Of a DNA stretch of 64,000 nucleotides, positions 13,230 to 55,712 are shown piece by piece; the stretch's first letter is position 1, and each line of letters opens with the position of its first letter. The notes beneath the pieces were generated by a model. That model worked only from the letters and a program-made list of their open reading frames with translations, was not told the DNA's origin and ran no database searches. Source of the stretch: Carcharhinus amblyrhynchos (taxonomy: Eukaryota); the NCBI GenBank assembly GCA_965287045.1, contig OZ336890.1, positions 19,902,001 through 19,966,000 of the forward strand. The letters run 5' to 3'. Both the position numbers and the translations under genes were made by a program.

Positions 13230-14166
13230 GGGGCGATTCTCCGACCCCGCCGTGGCATTAGTAGATTGTATCAAACCCAGGGAATAGCATGCAGATCTTA
13301 AAGTCCATTTTGCAACCAGTGCCAGTTTATGAGCCTCTTGGCCCTTTCCTAATGGCATGAACTGGATCACACCCAGAAAGGGCGCAAGACTGACAGCTTA
13401 TTTAAAGTAGCATTTACATATGCAAAGCTCATTCAAATCACAGAGCGTGGACTTTACCAGCCTTCGGATGCAATAATGGACAGAATCACTACTGGTCATA
13501 CTGGGGAGATTCAGAGACCATTGAAGCCCCCTGGGTGTTTGGGGGCATGGCCGGTGGTGCCCATCTAGCAGGGCCCAATTGGCACACTGGCTTTGCCTCA
13601 CTGGCATGCTGGTGATCTCCAGCAGTGGCCATAGGACACCCTAAAGTGGCTACCAGACAGCCTGGCAGTGCCAGTTGGGTACCATCATGGGTAGCTACAA
13701 ATGGGGGGGCTCTGACAGGAATGTCATGAAGGCAGTCTTGATGGGGTGCACATCAGGGGTCCTGATTGGAGGTGGGAGGCATGTCAGGGGTTGGGCAGGT
13801 GACCCATTGAAGCTCCCGATGCCCTGATATCGGTGATCCAGTTGGGGGCAGGAGTGGTGGGGGTAGATGAATTTGCTACCGATGAGGAGGAGGTGGTCCT
13901 GATTCCATGGAATGAGGAGGGGATCTCCCAATGCACTCTGAGATCAGGGCACCCTTTTGAAACAGCGCCCGAGCACTCAGAAGCTGGCCTCACCAGCGTG
14001 TTTAGGCTTTGCTCCCCCAGTGCTGGTGGAAAACTCCCAACTCTCCAAAGAAGTGAGTGAGTATGCAAGGATTGTGGTTGCGGAGCTTGCCTGAGAGACT
14101 GATATGGATCACTCTATTATTCTTGCCCTTCTGACACTTCAAATTTTTTTTGTGAAAATTCCGCCC
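13230..14166. mobile_element. GC-rich non-autonomous DNA transposon (Harbinger-like)
   Basis: TIR-like ends GGGGCGATTCTCC ... GAAAATTCCGCCC; GC-rich interior with no coherent ORF. Confidence 0.55.
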
Positions 14167-14269
14167 AAATGTACTTGTAAACATTTGCTTGTAACAATAT
14201 AGTTGCACTTTCTTGCTAGTACAAGGCTCTGTGAAATAAGTTTCTGAAATCTGCTTCCACTCCATAGGA

Positions 14270-14495
14270 CACAAGAACAGCTTCTTCCCTGCTGCTGTCA
14301 GACTTTTGAATGGGTTTACTTTGCATTAAGTTGATCTTTCTCTACACCCTAGCTAAGGCTGTAACACTAGATTCTGCACTCTCTCATTTCCTCCTCTATA
14401 AACAGTATGTTTTGTCTGTATAGCATGCAAGAAACAATACTTTTGACTGTATGTTAATACATGTGACAATAATAAACCAAATCAAATCAGAATCA
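14270..14495 (+). mobile_element. Rex1/Babar-type LINE 3' tail
   Basis: aacagcttcttccctgctg...tgtgacaataataaaccaaatcaaatc, same as the tails at ~26000-26215 and 53955-54125. Confidence 0.7.
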
Positions 14496-14529
14496 AAAAA
14501 ATCATTAAAACAACAATTTGTGTATATAA

Positions 14530-14740
14530 TGGCCAGAATTCTCTGGCTGCTTATGCCAGCGGGATGCTCTGGTCCCGCTGGCAGTGCACCCCTGGCTGTG
14601 TGTTTCCTTGCAGCATGGACTGCCTTCATTCGGAAATCCCCTTTACAGCGGTGGAACTAGAGAAGCCCACTGCCAGTGAATGGCATGCTGCCTTCCACTG
14701 CCGAGAAACACACGGCTGGGAAACCGGAGAATCCCACCCC
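14530..14740. mobile_element. MITE
   Basis: TIRs GGCCAGAATTCTC ... GAGAATCCCACCC. Confidence 0.55.
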
Positions 14741-15704
14741 TTGTAACATAAGGATCTGGCACATATGGGTTAATATGGGACTGAATATAGTACTATCCAC
14801 ATAGTGATGTAAGAGTGCAAATGAAGTGCCTCCAAGATCAGTGTGATGTTGGACAGAACTGTACGCAGACCTAACCTTGGAAACAGCTCTTAGCTTGAAT
14901 CCTTTCCTCTATATTTGCAAATAGTTCTAGTCTAGTAGTCAGCAAAGACGTGCAACTAACCTACTAAACACTCTGAAGACTTTATCAAGCCTATTTTGCA
15001 CACTACACAGAGCATTTTTAACACAGAAAAACATCCCAATGTGCTTGACAGTGGTGCAGTTAGAAAAAAATTGGATGTTAAACATGTTCAAAAAAGGTGG
15101 ATTTTACAGACGATCTTAAAGGAAAAGGATGGCAGAGAGACAGAGGGGTGTAGTCAACTAATGTCCTCCAGTAGTCAACTGAAAGAAGGTAGGATCAGAG
15201 AAACAAAGTATTTGGGAATAGGATTATGAGGGTGGAAGAGATTCTAGACATAGATAGGGCAAAACCATAGAGGGATTTATATATGAGGATCAGAATTTAA
15301 AATTGGAGGCTGGTAAAGCTGATATGTGAACAGCATTTGGTGTGAGCTATTTTGAATGACCTGAAATTTACAGAGGATGAAGGATAGAAATTAGCGTGGA
15401 GCACATTGAAATTTGAAAATGACAAATGAATGGATGGGGTGTTAAGAAGCTGGTGACCTGAAGTAAGGGAGGAGGCGAGTAATGTTATGGAAGTCCATAA
15501 TTTGTTTGCTGTTCTAGTTGAAGGCGAGAGCGTGGAGACATTTGTGTGGAAGTCAGAGCTTACTTTTGCTCACCAAAATGATCTTGGAATAGTGGGTAGC
15601 TTTCACAGAGGAGAGTGAGGTCACACTCAATGTCACCCAACCAGATCTGATGTATACTAATACATCATTAGTATACTAATACATGTGACAATTATAAAGC
15701 AAAT

Positions 15705-16560
15705 CAGGTGTGTGTGCAAGCTGCATGTGTGTAAGTATGGTGTGCAGTGTTCATACTCAGGTGTGTGTGCATGCTTCATGTGAATGGTGTGCAGGTTCAT
15801 ATTAAGTGTGTATGTGTTTTGCATGTGTATGGTGTGCAGGTATTGAAATGTGTGCATGCTATGTATGTGTGGTGTGCATGCTGCAAGTGTATATGGTGTG
15901 CAGATATTGAAATGTAGGTGCATGCTGTGCAGGATTCATATTGAAGTATATGTGCAGGGTTCATATTGAGGTGTGTGCATGCTGCATGTACATGATGTGT
16001 AGAGTTCATATTGAGTTGCATGTGCATGCTTCATGTGTATGGTGTGCAGGTTTTGAGATGTGTGCACATGCTGTGCAGGGTTCAAATTGAGGTGTGTGCA
16101 TGCTGCATATGTATGGTGTGCAGGGTTCATATTGAGGTGTGTGCATGCTGCGTGTTATGGTGTACAGGGCTCATATTGAGGTATGTGTGCATTCTGCATG
16201 TATATGGTATGCAGATATTGAAATGTGTGCATGCTGTGCAGGGTTCATAGTGAGATGTGTGCATGCTGTGCAGGGTTCATATTGAGTTGTGCGCATGCTG
16301 CATGTGTATGGTGTGCTGGGTTCATATTGAGGTATGTGTGCATTCTGCATGTATATGGTATGCAGGTATTGAAATGTGTGCATGCTGTGCAGGGTTCATA
16401 TTGAGGTGTGTGCATGCTGTGCAGTGTTCATATTGAGGTGTGTGTGTATGCTGCATGTGTATGATGTGCAGGGTTCATATTGAGGTGTGTGTGCATGCTG
16501 CATGTGTATGGTGCGCAGGGTTCATATTGAGGCGCGTGTGTATGCTGCATGTGTATGGTG
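15705..16560. repeat. Complex minisatellite (~32-45 bp units, TGTGTGCATGCTGCATGTGTATGGTGTGCAGGGTTCATATTGAGG)
   Basis: About 20 related units are directly visible; the array ends about 110 bp before the promoter CRE. Confidence 0.95.
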
Positions 16561-16673
16561 TCCCCGTGTAGGTTCCAATGTGCACACAGCAGCAGGAGCT
16601 GGTGTGTAACATTTGCAGTGGCTGATTTGTGGTTGCTGCCCCTCCCCCACCCGCAGTCCAGAGCGAGGCGGAT

Positions 16674-16681
16674 TGACGTCA
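16674..16681. promoter_or_regulatory. Perfect palindromic CRE (TGACGTCA)
   Basis: Exact CREB/ATF consensus about 315 bp upstream of the ATG, inside the CpG island. Confidence 0.7.
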
Positions 16682-16989
16682 GCAGCGCGGCTGGTTTCCG
16701 GTGGGGGTGACAGTGACTGAGGGAACTGCTCCTGTCGCAGCCGTTTCCAAACAGGCCTGCCAACGGACAGTTGCCGTCAGCTCGGCTTCGCCTCATTCGT
16801 TAAGCGGCGGAGGATCAGCCCCCCCCCCCGATCCCCGGTTGGGCCGTCTGTATTTTTCTTCATATTATTTTTTTCGGGCGGAGAGTTTGGTGTCGCTCGG
16901 CTCGGCCGGGTGCCGGGTGAACTCGCCGTCGACAGTTTCTCCGGCCTATTTTTTTCTCTCTCTCCGAAGCGTCGACTGGGCGGCTTAAG

Positions 16990-46953
<29,964 letters not shown>

Positions 46954-47953
46954 AATCCTCTCCTCCGCTGTAACATCTGCCAGAGCGAACTGCCTCATTT
47001 CTGTCTAAAATGCCGCTTCCTGTGGCAAGACCACCACCAGTCCCACAGCTTCCTATCCATCAGAGAAAGCATTCCCTTTGTAGAATTCAGTGCCACATTT
47101 GCTTTTGTGTCTTTCTCTCACTGCACCAGCTTTCTACAGTCAATACAGCTTCAGTTAAGATTTTTTTTGCTTTGATGCTTGTGTGTAGAACCTTTCCCTT
47201 TGGTTCTTGTTTATAAAGATTAAAACTCTGCTGTTTTAAATAAAATGTAGTTGATACCCAGATAATTAAGCTTTGATTTGGTTACATGAGCAGAGGATTT
47301 TTGAACCCTTTAGCTCGCTCTGTTTCAAGCGATGTTGTGCATTTGAGTTTTGGATCCCATGAATGTGTACTGATGGAAAATCTTGGGTTGTAGGCCCGAC
47401 GGCTTCAAAATTATTTTCAAGACTGCTCAAACCCACGTGGGTTACTACAGAATGTGTTTATTCTAAAGTGGCTAGGATTGAAAACACTTAAATATAAACA
47501 TGCTCTGAAAATACAATTTTTGTTTAGATTCAAGGAGAAAACACCCAAATTGAGATGTTAGACTTTTTCATTGCATACGTTTTAGTTTTGAGATAATTGT
47601 TACATTTTAACCTTTTTGGAAACAATTTGTAAAGTATTTAAAGTTGAATTTTCTTTTATGTAGTTTTAGGTCTTGCTTAGTGAGGATCATATCGGCCTTG
47701 TGTGTTTTTGCCAAATTTATTCATGTCACTCCATTTGCACATTTAAGTTGCATTCAGACGTTTTTACAAAAAAATGATAGCCCATTTTAATTTTTGTCAG
47801 GAATTTCTGACTTGTATTTAGTAGTCTCCCAGTTATCAAAACTTACCCGCTTGTCTTTGTGCAGTGGTTGTGACAGCCAAATCTTTGCTTGAGAAAAGGT
47901 TAGTGTATGCTTGTATTGATTTACGTACAATACAAGTTGGTTTGTTTGGTACA

Positions 47954-47959
47954 AATAAA
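47954..47959 (+). terminator. Candidate proximal poly(A) signal AATAAA
   Basis: AATAAA 1 kb after the stop, with U/GU-rich flanks; another AATAAA at 47239-47244. Confidence 0.45.
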
Positions 47960-50900
47960 ACAAGAAAATTGCAGCTACATTAGGACTTGTGATGCTTTGG
48001 TTAATGGGGTTTAGCTAAAGAGTCAACTTGTTACTTGGGCAGCCAGAAATCCTTTTGATGATCTGACCTTATTTTGATTAGCACAGATTTTGGTAATGGT
48101 AGCGATTTTGTACAGATGCCCACTGCAAGATTTCTGCAATGTCAGTTCTAAGGCTGTATCAAAGCATGCTTTGAACGGAGAATTAGTGGAGCCGTTTTTC
48201 ATTTTGTTTCTCTTCCAAACGTAACAGCAGCTGAATTCCAATAACCTTGGGTGTAATTTGACTTGTACCAATAGTAACTTCTGAACTTTGTGTTGCTGAG
48301 TTTGGTTTTCTTTGGTGCATTTTGTTGGTTATGATGGAGCACTGCGTGGAGTTGTAATGTACCATTCCATTTCCAGCAACAAGGGAATTAGAATAGTCTT
48401 GCTCCACATGAACTGTGCTTTCTGCTGGGCAGTGAAGTTATTGGAATAAGTAGAAACTTCTGCAACCTAAATTGAGATGGATATACAGTGTTGAATTCTG
48501 TAGGAATGGATTAACAGAGGAAGATATATTGGTTTGCTCTCTGCAGGCAAGAAATGTAACACATTCATTTGAAAAGCTTGTATTAACTTTACTGACACAA
48601 AGTAAAAGTATAGATTTTACAGATCAGATTCAATTTATGATATTATGAAAATTATTGTCCTTTCATGGAGTAGGACAACAAATACTTTCCATGTCAATTG
48701 TTGCTCTTTTCTAGACAAATGTAATTTGAAGTATCATCCTCAGTCAGTGGCAATCACACAATGAAAAGTTAGAAATACGATCGATCTTGTGTAGATGTCG
48801 GTATTATATTGCCAACACTATCTGATTTTTAACAAATGACTTGAGTACAGCTATTGTGATAAAGTGACCCTGCTTGTGACCATGAGAACCAGTTGATACA
48901 GACTAGATAACAACCTGTGGATTGACTCCCGAATTTTACACAGCGTTGCCTTTCAATTTGTTGCTGAGACAGAGCCAGTGAAAGGGTTGAAAAATGAAAT
49001 TTTATGTATTAACCAGATGTAATTTCATTCCAAGGCAAAAAAAAGTAAACATTCCTTTTAGTAACAAGCCAGTACCACCATCACAGGTACTGGTACAGTG
49101 TGCGCTTGTACTTGACCAGCACTGGTAGCACAAGGTTGGGCGATGGCATCCCTAATTCCTCTGCAGTCCTGACCCAGCTTATAAACTATCCACTGCTTCC
49201 TGGTTCTTATTAATAGCGCTGGACATGTTTACATATTAAGTAACTGTCCTGTGCTTAACTGGAGTGGTGCAAATGGTGTCTATTTAAATGAAGATTAATG
49301 GCTGACATTTAAGTTGGTGCAGTGCTTTTAGTACCCGTGTTATTTTGTGTTTAATCATAGTTGCACTTCCTTGCAGCTCACAGTAGCTGGCGCTGTTGTT
49401 CCATTATTGGCATACACCAGAGCTCAGCTGATATTGCACAAATATACACCCAGACACACTAGTAAAAGGCAGAAACCAAAAACTGGATGTTTGATCCTGA
49501 ACTAGCCGATGCATTGGCATTCTGAAATGTACCACAACAGCTTTTTAGTGAGGCATGACATGCAATTTTTTTTTGAGGCTTTCAAGAAAGCAAGAAACTC
49601 ATTCGCTGAGTCTTAATGACATTTCAGTATTTCACAGCTTTGTATTACATGTGCACTTATTTCACACACATTTTACAAATTCCACACAGCTGTAATTAGA
49701 TCAAATTATATTCATTATTCTATATAGAATGACTTAGACTAGAATAATTGCTTGGATTGTACAGCAAGCTAAAACTAAATTGCTTGGAGAGTTGGGTTGG
49801 ACATAGGCTGTAGATTTTGCTCTGCAAGTATTGCATTTCCATGGAGAATTAAGCCAGATAGAATATGCACTAATATTGCTAAGTGAGATAAGTGAAAAGT
49901 TGCAAAATCACTTCAGCTATCTCTGATGCGCACAGTGCAAATGATTAAATATAACTTGCATATTACTTTCAGTTTTTTCAGTGCACTTCCCTTATAATGC
50001 TGTGTAGATTGGTGAAAATGCTTTTGTAAACATCTCTGGAAAAAATACTAGTTGTGTTGAGGGCAGGATGACTTTCACTTGGCATTGGCCAATATTCCAT
50101 TTTATTAAGCAGTTATAGTAACTAAAGATTTGATTTTTGTTTGATATCCGATTAATGCCTCGAGTAATCGTGGAATGCCATGCCCAGTTCTTCTGGCTGT
50201 GGCAATGAATTGCATCTGTTGAGCTTTTTCTTAATTGAAGTCTGTAACTTAGACTTTTAATGCCTGATGGTGAATTGGAATCTACTTCCTAATGAGAGCT
50301 ATTTCCTGTTTCATCACTTTAAACTCCCTAGGAAATAAAGTCGAGAGTAAGCATGAAAGGTATTGGCCTAATTTATTTTGATATTCCTGGTATAGACAAA
50401 ATTAAGTCAGCTGCTGCTTATGGGAGGTGTCCTGTCCAGGTAGACCAGTATTTTGCACAGGTGAAATCTGGTACTTTGTTTAATATTTCTGTTATCTTAG
50501 ACAAATTGACTAATTAGGTGAATGTCATTCCTCAGTTGAGTTTACCAGTATCATAAATTACCAGTAAGAGTGAGATTAATGCAGTATTCCAATAATTTTG
50601 AAACCATTCTCAGAAAAATCTTCCTACTGTGACAACCCTGGCACCTAGCACATTGATTTTTGGCTTGCTGCACATTCTTAAGGTTTTTATTTACCTAAAT
50701 GATTTTATTATAAAGCAGCTGATAATGAGTTTATTGAATAATCTGATGCAGTTGAAGCTTTAACTATTGTGTGCAATCAGAACTGTACGTACAAACGACC
50801 ACGGTTTGATGTAGTTTGCCTTAGCTATCTTATATGGGGATTAGATATCCTCAGCTAGCTTACCTACAAAACAAATTTGCAAAGTGAGAATACAGCGTGA

Positions 50901-51020
50901 TAATATGTAGATTATCCAAGGACCATTTTTGTATTGTTCCCAATGACTGTATAAGATCAGATTTACTGTATGTGCTAAAATAATCCTTTTGTTATAGAGT
51001 GTCCTAATGACAGGTCAAGC

Positions 51021-51074
51021 AATAAAAGTTAATTCTTAAAAAGAAAACTGTTTTCTTCTTTTTGAACTAATAAA
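51021..51074 (+). terminator. Candidate distal poly(A) signals (AATAAA at 51021 and 51069)
   Basis: Two AATAAA hexamers with a U-rich tract between, within a long repeat-poor stretch after the stop codon. Confidence 0.4.
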
Positions 51075-54000
51075 GCAGATGCACAACAAAATTCCATTAA
51101 GATCTCTTTACAGTTTTAGCTAAGTTAATTCTAACAAAACATGCCCCACCCAAGATAAATGTTGAGCCTTGTAATTTAATATGATGGAACAAGAAACATA
51201 TCAAGGTTTGCTGAATGTAAAGTTCCCTGCATGGATGGCATTGCTGCTTTTTCATGCAGCCTAACTTGGCTTGGTATGTTGACTTGTTTTTGTTTGCGAC
51301 TTGACTATGACTTGATTTCAACCATTACTTTAACTTGGCTTGTAATGTACGTTCCTAATATTTATCAATTAGTTTGTCAAAATCTGATATGGAGTCATGC
51401 CCCATCTACTATTTTTTCCTCTTGGGTGCCACATGGTTTAATACCAAGGAATCAATAAATTTGGAGTAATCTTTAGTTCTGTCTCTCAAGGCTCTAATAG
51501 GATTTATTTGGATTTGATGTACTGTGGGTTGAAACTAATGGGAGAAATTCATTTGGCTGACGATTTGCTCAGCATTACTGCCTGCAAAGAAATAATCCCT
51601 ATTTTCATATTTTTGGACTCCAGTAGCTAATATCCAATATTTCTTATCTCCAGATCGCTGTTGACATAACATTTTCAGGATAATTTTGTGCTACCCATTC
51701 TTGGCACTGTCCTATTTAACTAGACATATTTTGGAATTTTCCAGTGAGGTTCCTGAATAGCTATAAAACGTTGATAGTGGCACTGAATAAAATAAGGTGG
51801 AATTTGTTCCCTTAAACAGTTTTACCACCTTTGACTTTCAGACCATCTCAAACCACATTCTTGGGTTTAATATGAACGTTGGCAGATGAACAGCAATCAT
51901 GCTGTGAAGGTAATAATGACTGACAATTTCACAATGGACATCCCGATAAAAGAACTCAGACCCTATCCCAGTATGTTCAGTGTGCGCATGCCAAGGTGAT
52001 CCAGTTTGGATTTTTCCAAATTTCATTTTTCCACATTAGCTAGATTGTAGAAAATTGAGCGCAGTCAAAAACACCTACAATATATTTAAATTGATCTGCA
52101 TATATTCAATAATTAGTATGTTTTATTTTGTCCCACTTTTGTCTTGATTTATTTCCACCATATTTTGCTTTATCCACATTAATAATGAAAACCTGTAAAA
52201 CACTGTACTATAATTGTAACAGCAACTTTCCCACCAATGCTGGTGTTATAAATCTAATTATCTCTACCAGGAAATTATTTTGCTCCAACCAACTCAATAT
52301 TCTCATTTTCTATTCAGCCACAATATGCAAAGAATTATATAGGAATGCACTGTCTTGTCTTTACCATTTCACCTGAAGACTTTGCTGAGTGTAACAGCAT
52401 GGAACATTGATTATATTCCATAAAATTGATAAATTATTTTTAAACTTGTTGCAGTTTGGGTTGGCAATTTTGTTTGTTTACTGCCAAGAGAGACGAGCCA
52501 AATTCCTAAGTTTTTTTTTGCTCAATTTGAATAAAGGCATTAATAAAGGTTTACATTATATCCACTAGATTATGTCCTTCACTGGAAGGTAGTGCTACTG
52601 AGCCACTTTGTAATGGGTATTTAAGTAAGAGTTTCATAGACTTGGAAAAATTTTATTAATATTTTGCTACAAAAATGTGGGCTACCTAAAGTCAATTTAA
52701 GAGCATAAACTCTTTATCCTATTTCCTATGACAACAGTTTACTCCCTACGCAGCCCGCTGCTCAACTAAGAAAGCCTTTGTCTCAAACCCCACAGATTTA
52801 AAAGTCATCCAACACCTAGTTGGAACGTTTTTTTTGAATAACCAGACATTACATTATCTTTTATTTGCTTGCAGGTTTACAACTTCCATGTAAGATGCCT
52901 TGGGCAAAGTAGGTCCTTTAAGACAAATTTTGCTGAAAACACAGAACTCATATCCAAGTTTTGTTCTCCGGAAAACATGCCCAAACAATCCTGAATTGTG
53001 GTGATGTGCAGTTGCTGTCTGGGTGGACTGTAATGAATGTTAATAGCTAAGTCTATGCCCAGGAGGGTGGAAAAAATTCAAGCTCTGATCCTTTGCTCCA
53101 CTGCAGAGGTCACATTTGGACATAAGTGTGAACTTTTGCACTGCTTGTGGTGCTACTGCTTCCATATTACTGTTAGGAAATTTTCGAACATTGCCCAGTG
53201 ATGACAGAATGACAAACTGTGATGCAATAAGGATGGTATCCAACTTGGAAGCAATATTCCACCTGGGATTTATCTTTGTTTCACTTATGCTTCAATTAAT
53301 TTTCTTTCTTTATAAAGACGTTTGGTATGTCAGTAATTTATTAATAAGTTAAAGGACTATATGGAGCTCATTGTACTGTTTCTAGTTAGATTATCAGCTG
53401 AATGAGGAGCTTATTGTTCACTGCAGATGTACATACACTAAGAAGTACAACACACTCTTATGGGAAAAGAAAACTCCAGTTGGTCCTGTTACAATTCTAA
53501 TTCTTAACATGGCTTTTTCTCCCATAAGATATGTCTCCTAATAACGCACAATATAAATGTGTATTTGAAATGTTTTATATTATAAATATATATAGAATTG
53601 TGAGAATTTTTCAAATAGTATCTTGGGCGTGAGTCCCATCTGGCCCTGCTGATTTCTATGCATTCCATGGCTTCATTTCTCACTATCGAGGAAAATGAAT
53701 TTGGCTGCTAACAGCTGCAAATGTGAATGGGCCATGATTTATCTTGAGTTGAATCAGCAAATTCAAGGGAAAGCATTTTCACAACAGAAAAAAATCCCTT
53801 GCAAGCCAATTTTTTTCTCCGAGCAAGGTTGTGTTTAAAAATAAAAATGCCTCATGGAATAGTAAATCAAGTTAGTGTTTAATGATTAGCTCCGATCTGT
53901 TGAGATGAATCTTCTCACCCATATTTTCCCTCAGTGTTTTCTGACATGATGAATATTTTGACCTACCTTGCATTAAATTGATCTCTCTACAACCTGGCTA

Positions 54001-55435
54001 TGACTGTAACACTACATTCTGCACCCTCTCCTTTCCTTGTCTATGAATGGTATGCTTTGTCTGAATAGTATGCAAGAAACAATACTTTTCACTGTATGCT
54101 AATACACGTGACAATAATCAAATGAGTTAATTTCTTGAATAGAGCATTGCAGGTGAATTTGACCACCTTGCTTTTTGTGATGGTGTTTCTTTTAAATAGA
54201 TTACTACTTAGATGGTTGTTTGCCCCCCGCCACCCCAATCATCAAATGCAGCAATAGCTCAAGGACATATACGTATATTCTAGCTGCAGGATATTCACAC
54301 AGGCCATTTAGACATCTGTTTTAGTGTTGCAGAGTCACCTTCAACTAACTGTAACCTTGTCCTTTTTCAGTACAGGTCTTCTGCATAGTTGGTATCTTTT
54401 TCCCCTGATGATCCAGTTGCTTATGACTAATGATGTGCAATTTTTGCTTGAAATACAGTTTTACATAGCACCTTGAATCTAGATAACCACCTTAAGCTGT
54501 TTTACAAGTATTAGCAATCAAGATTTGACATTGAGCCACATGAGATATGAGGACACATGACCAAAAGTTTTAAGGAGCGCCTTAAAGGAATAGTGAGTGG
54601 CGTAGAGGCTTAGGGAAAGAATTCCAGAGGCTAAGGCCAAGGCAACTGAAAAAACGGCCACCGGTGGCAAAGTGATGAAAATCTGGGATGTTTAAAGAGG
54701 CCATGATTTGAGTGGTACACAGTACAGAGTAAATGAATGGCATTAGTTTTAAAATTGTCATGTAGGTTCATAAATAGTAATTCAAGATGTTACTGAATTG
54801 GCATTAGAGAAATGGAAAAATGCCACAATTTGGCAGTGCTTTCATGTATACTTAAAGCTGCATAATTGCTTAGAACTCCTTGCAGAAAAAATACCTGATG
54901 AATTATTTAAAGACCTGTAAATTACCTCAAGTAAGCGTAGAACTGAGTGCGTAATTGTTTGAAAAATAAATTGTAAAGAAATGTAGATTTCACAGATTCG
55001 TTAAGTTGCATGTACTTGATGGGCATTCAAGTGAGTTTTCTTAATGAATGCTCTTGCATTCCTGTGTCCATAACCACATTTAAAAGACTACAACTTTCCA
55101 AAACAGCTGGGAACTCTTACTCAAAAACATGTGAAGGATCTGCTGAATTATGCGCCCTAACTTCCCAGCTTATTTTTGTACTTAAACTGTATTAAGATTA
55201 CAAACAAAGTTCAATACGGACAATCCAAGTTATGCCAATTGAAAAGTAAAAAGTTAGGCACAAGTGATCAATGTTGGGGGAGGAGTGGGTATAATAAGCC
55301 AGGTTGGAATGCAGGAAGTAACTATATTGCTTGATGCAGCACTTAGCTGTGAAAGGCCACCGCACACAGTATATATGGTACTGGAGTAAATTGTCAAGTC
55401 TGTTGTATCAGAATCTTTAGAAGTTGTTCTTAAAT

Positions 55436-55712
55436 GTCAGTTGTTAGCACTGCTGCCTCACAGTGACAGGGACCCAGGTTCGATTCCTGGTTTGGTCACT
55501 GTGCGAAGTCTACACATTCTCCCTGTATCTGCGTGGGTTTCCTCTGGGTGCTTTGGTTTCTGCCCACAGTCCAAAAGACATGCTGGTTAGGTGCGTTGAC
55601 TGTGCTAAATTCAGTGTACCTGGAACAGGTGCCTTAGTGTGGTGATACGGGATTTTCACAGTAATGTCATTGCAGTGTTAAGGTAAGCCTACTTGAGACA
55701 CTAATAAATAAA
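55436..55712 (+). mobile_element. tRNA-derived SINE (AATAAA-tail subfamily)
   Basis: gttagcactgctgcctcacag...gggacccaggttcgattcc...aagcctacttgagacactaataaataaa. Confidence 0.85.

Noticed and set aside
14742-15002. Possible small solo LTR starting TGTAAC
   Set aside because: No convincing 3' terminus or TSD.
1-15600. Exons of the expected upstream neighbour WIPI1
   Set aside because: No matching coding sequence or second CpG island seen.
15657-16796. His/Cys-rich ORFs on both strands
   Set aside because: Translations of the minisatellite, not genes.
46954-48000. SECIS element that would recode the UGA as selenocysteine
   Set aside because: No AUGA/AA-loop/GA kink-turn stem found by eye; SECISearch would be needed to exclude it formally.
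49069-49093. 8-bp hairpin CCAGTACC/GGTACTGG in the putative 3'UTR
   Set aside because: Short stems of this size are expected by chance, and there is no supporting context.
53040-53265. Minus-strand ORF with an AG upstream as the last exon of a neighbour such as FAM20A
   Set aside because: No resemblance to FAM20A or any protein I recognise; weak acceptor.
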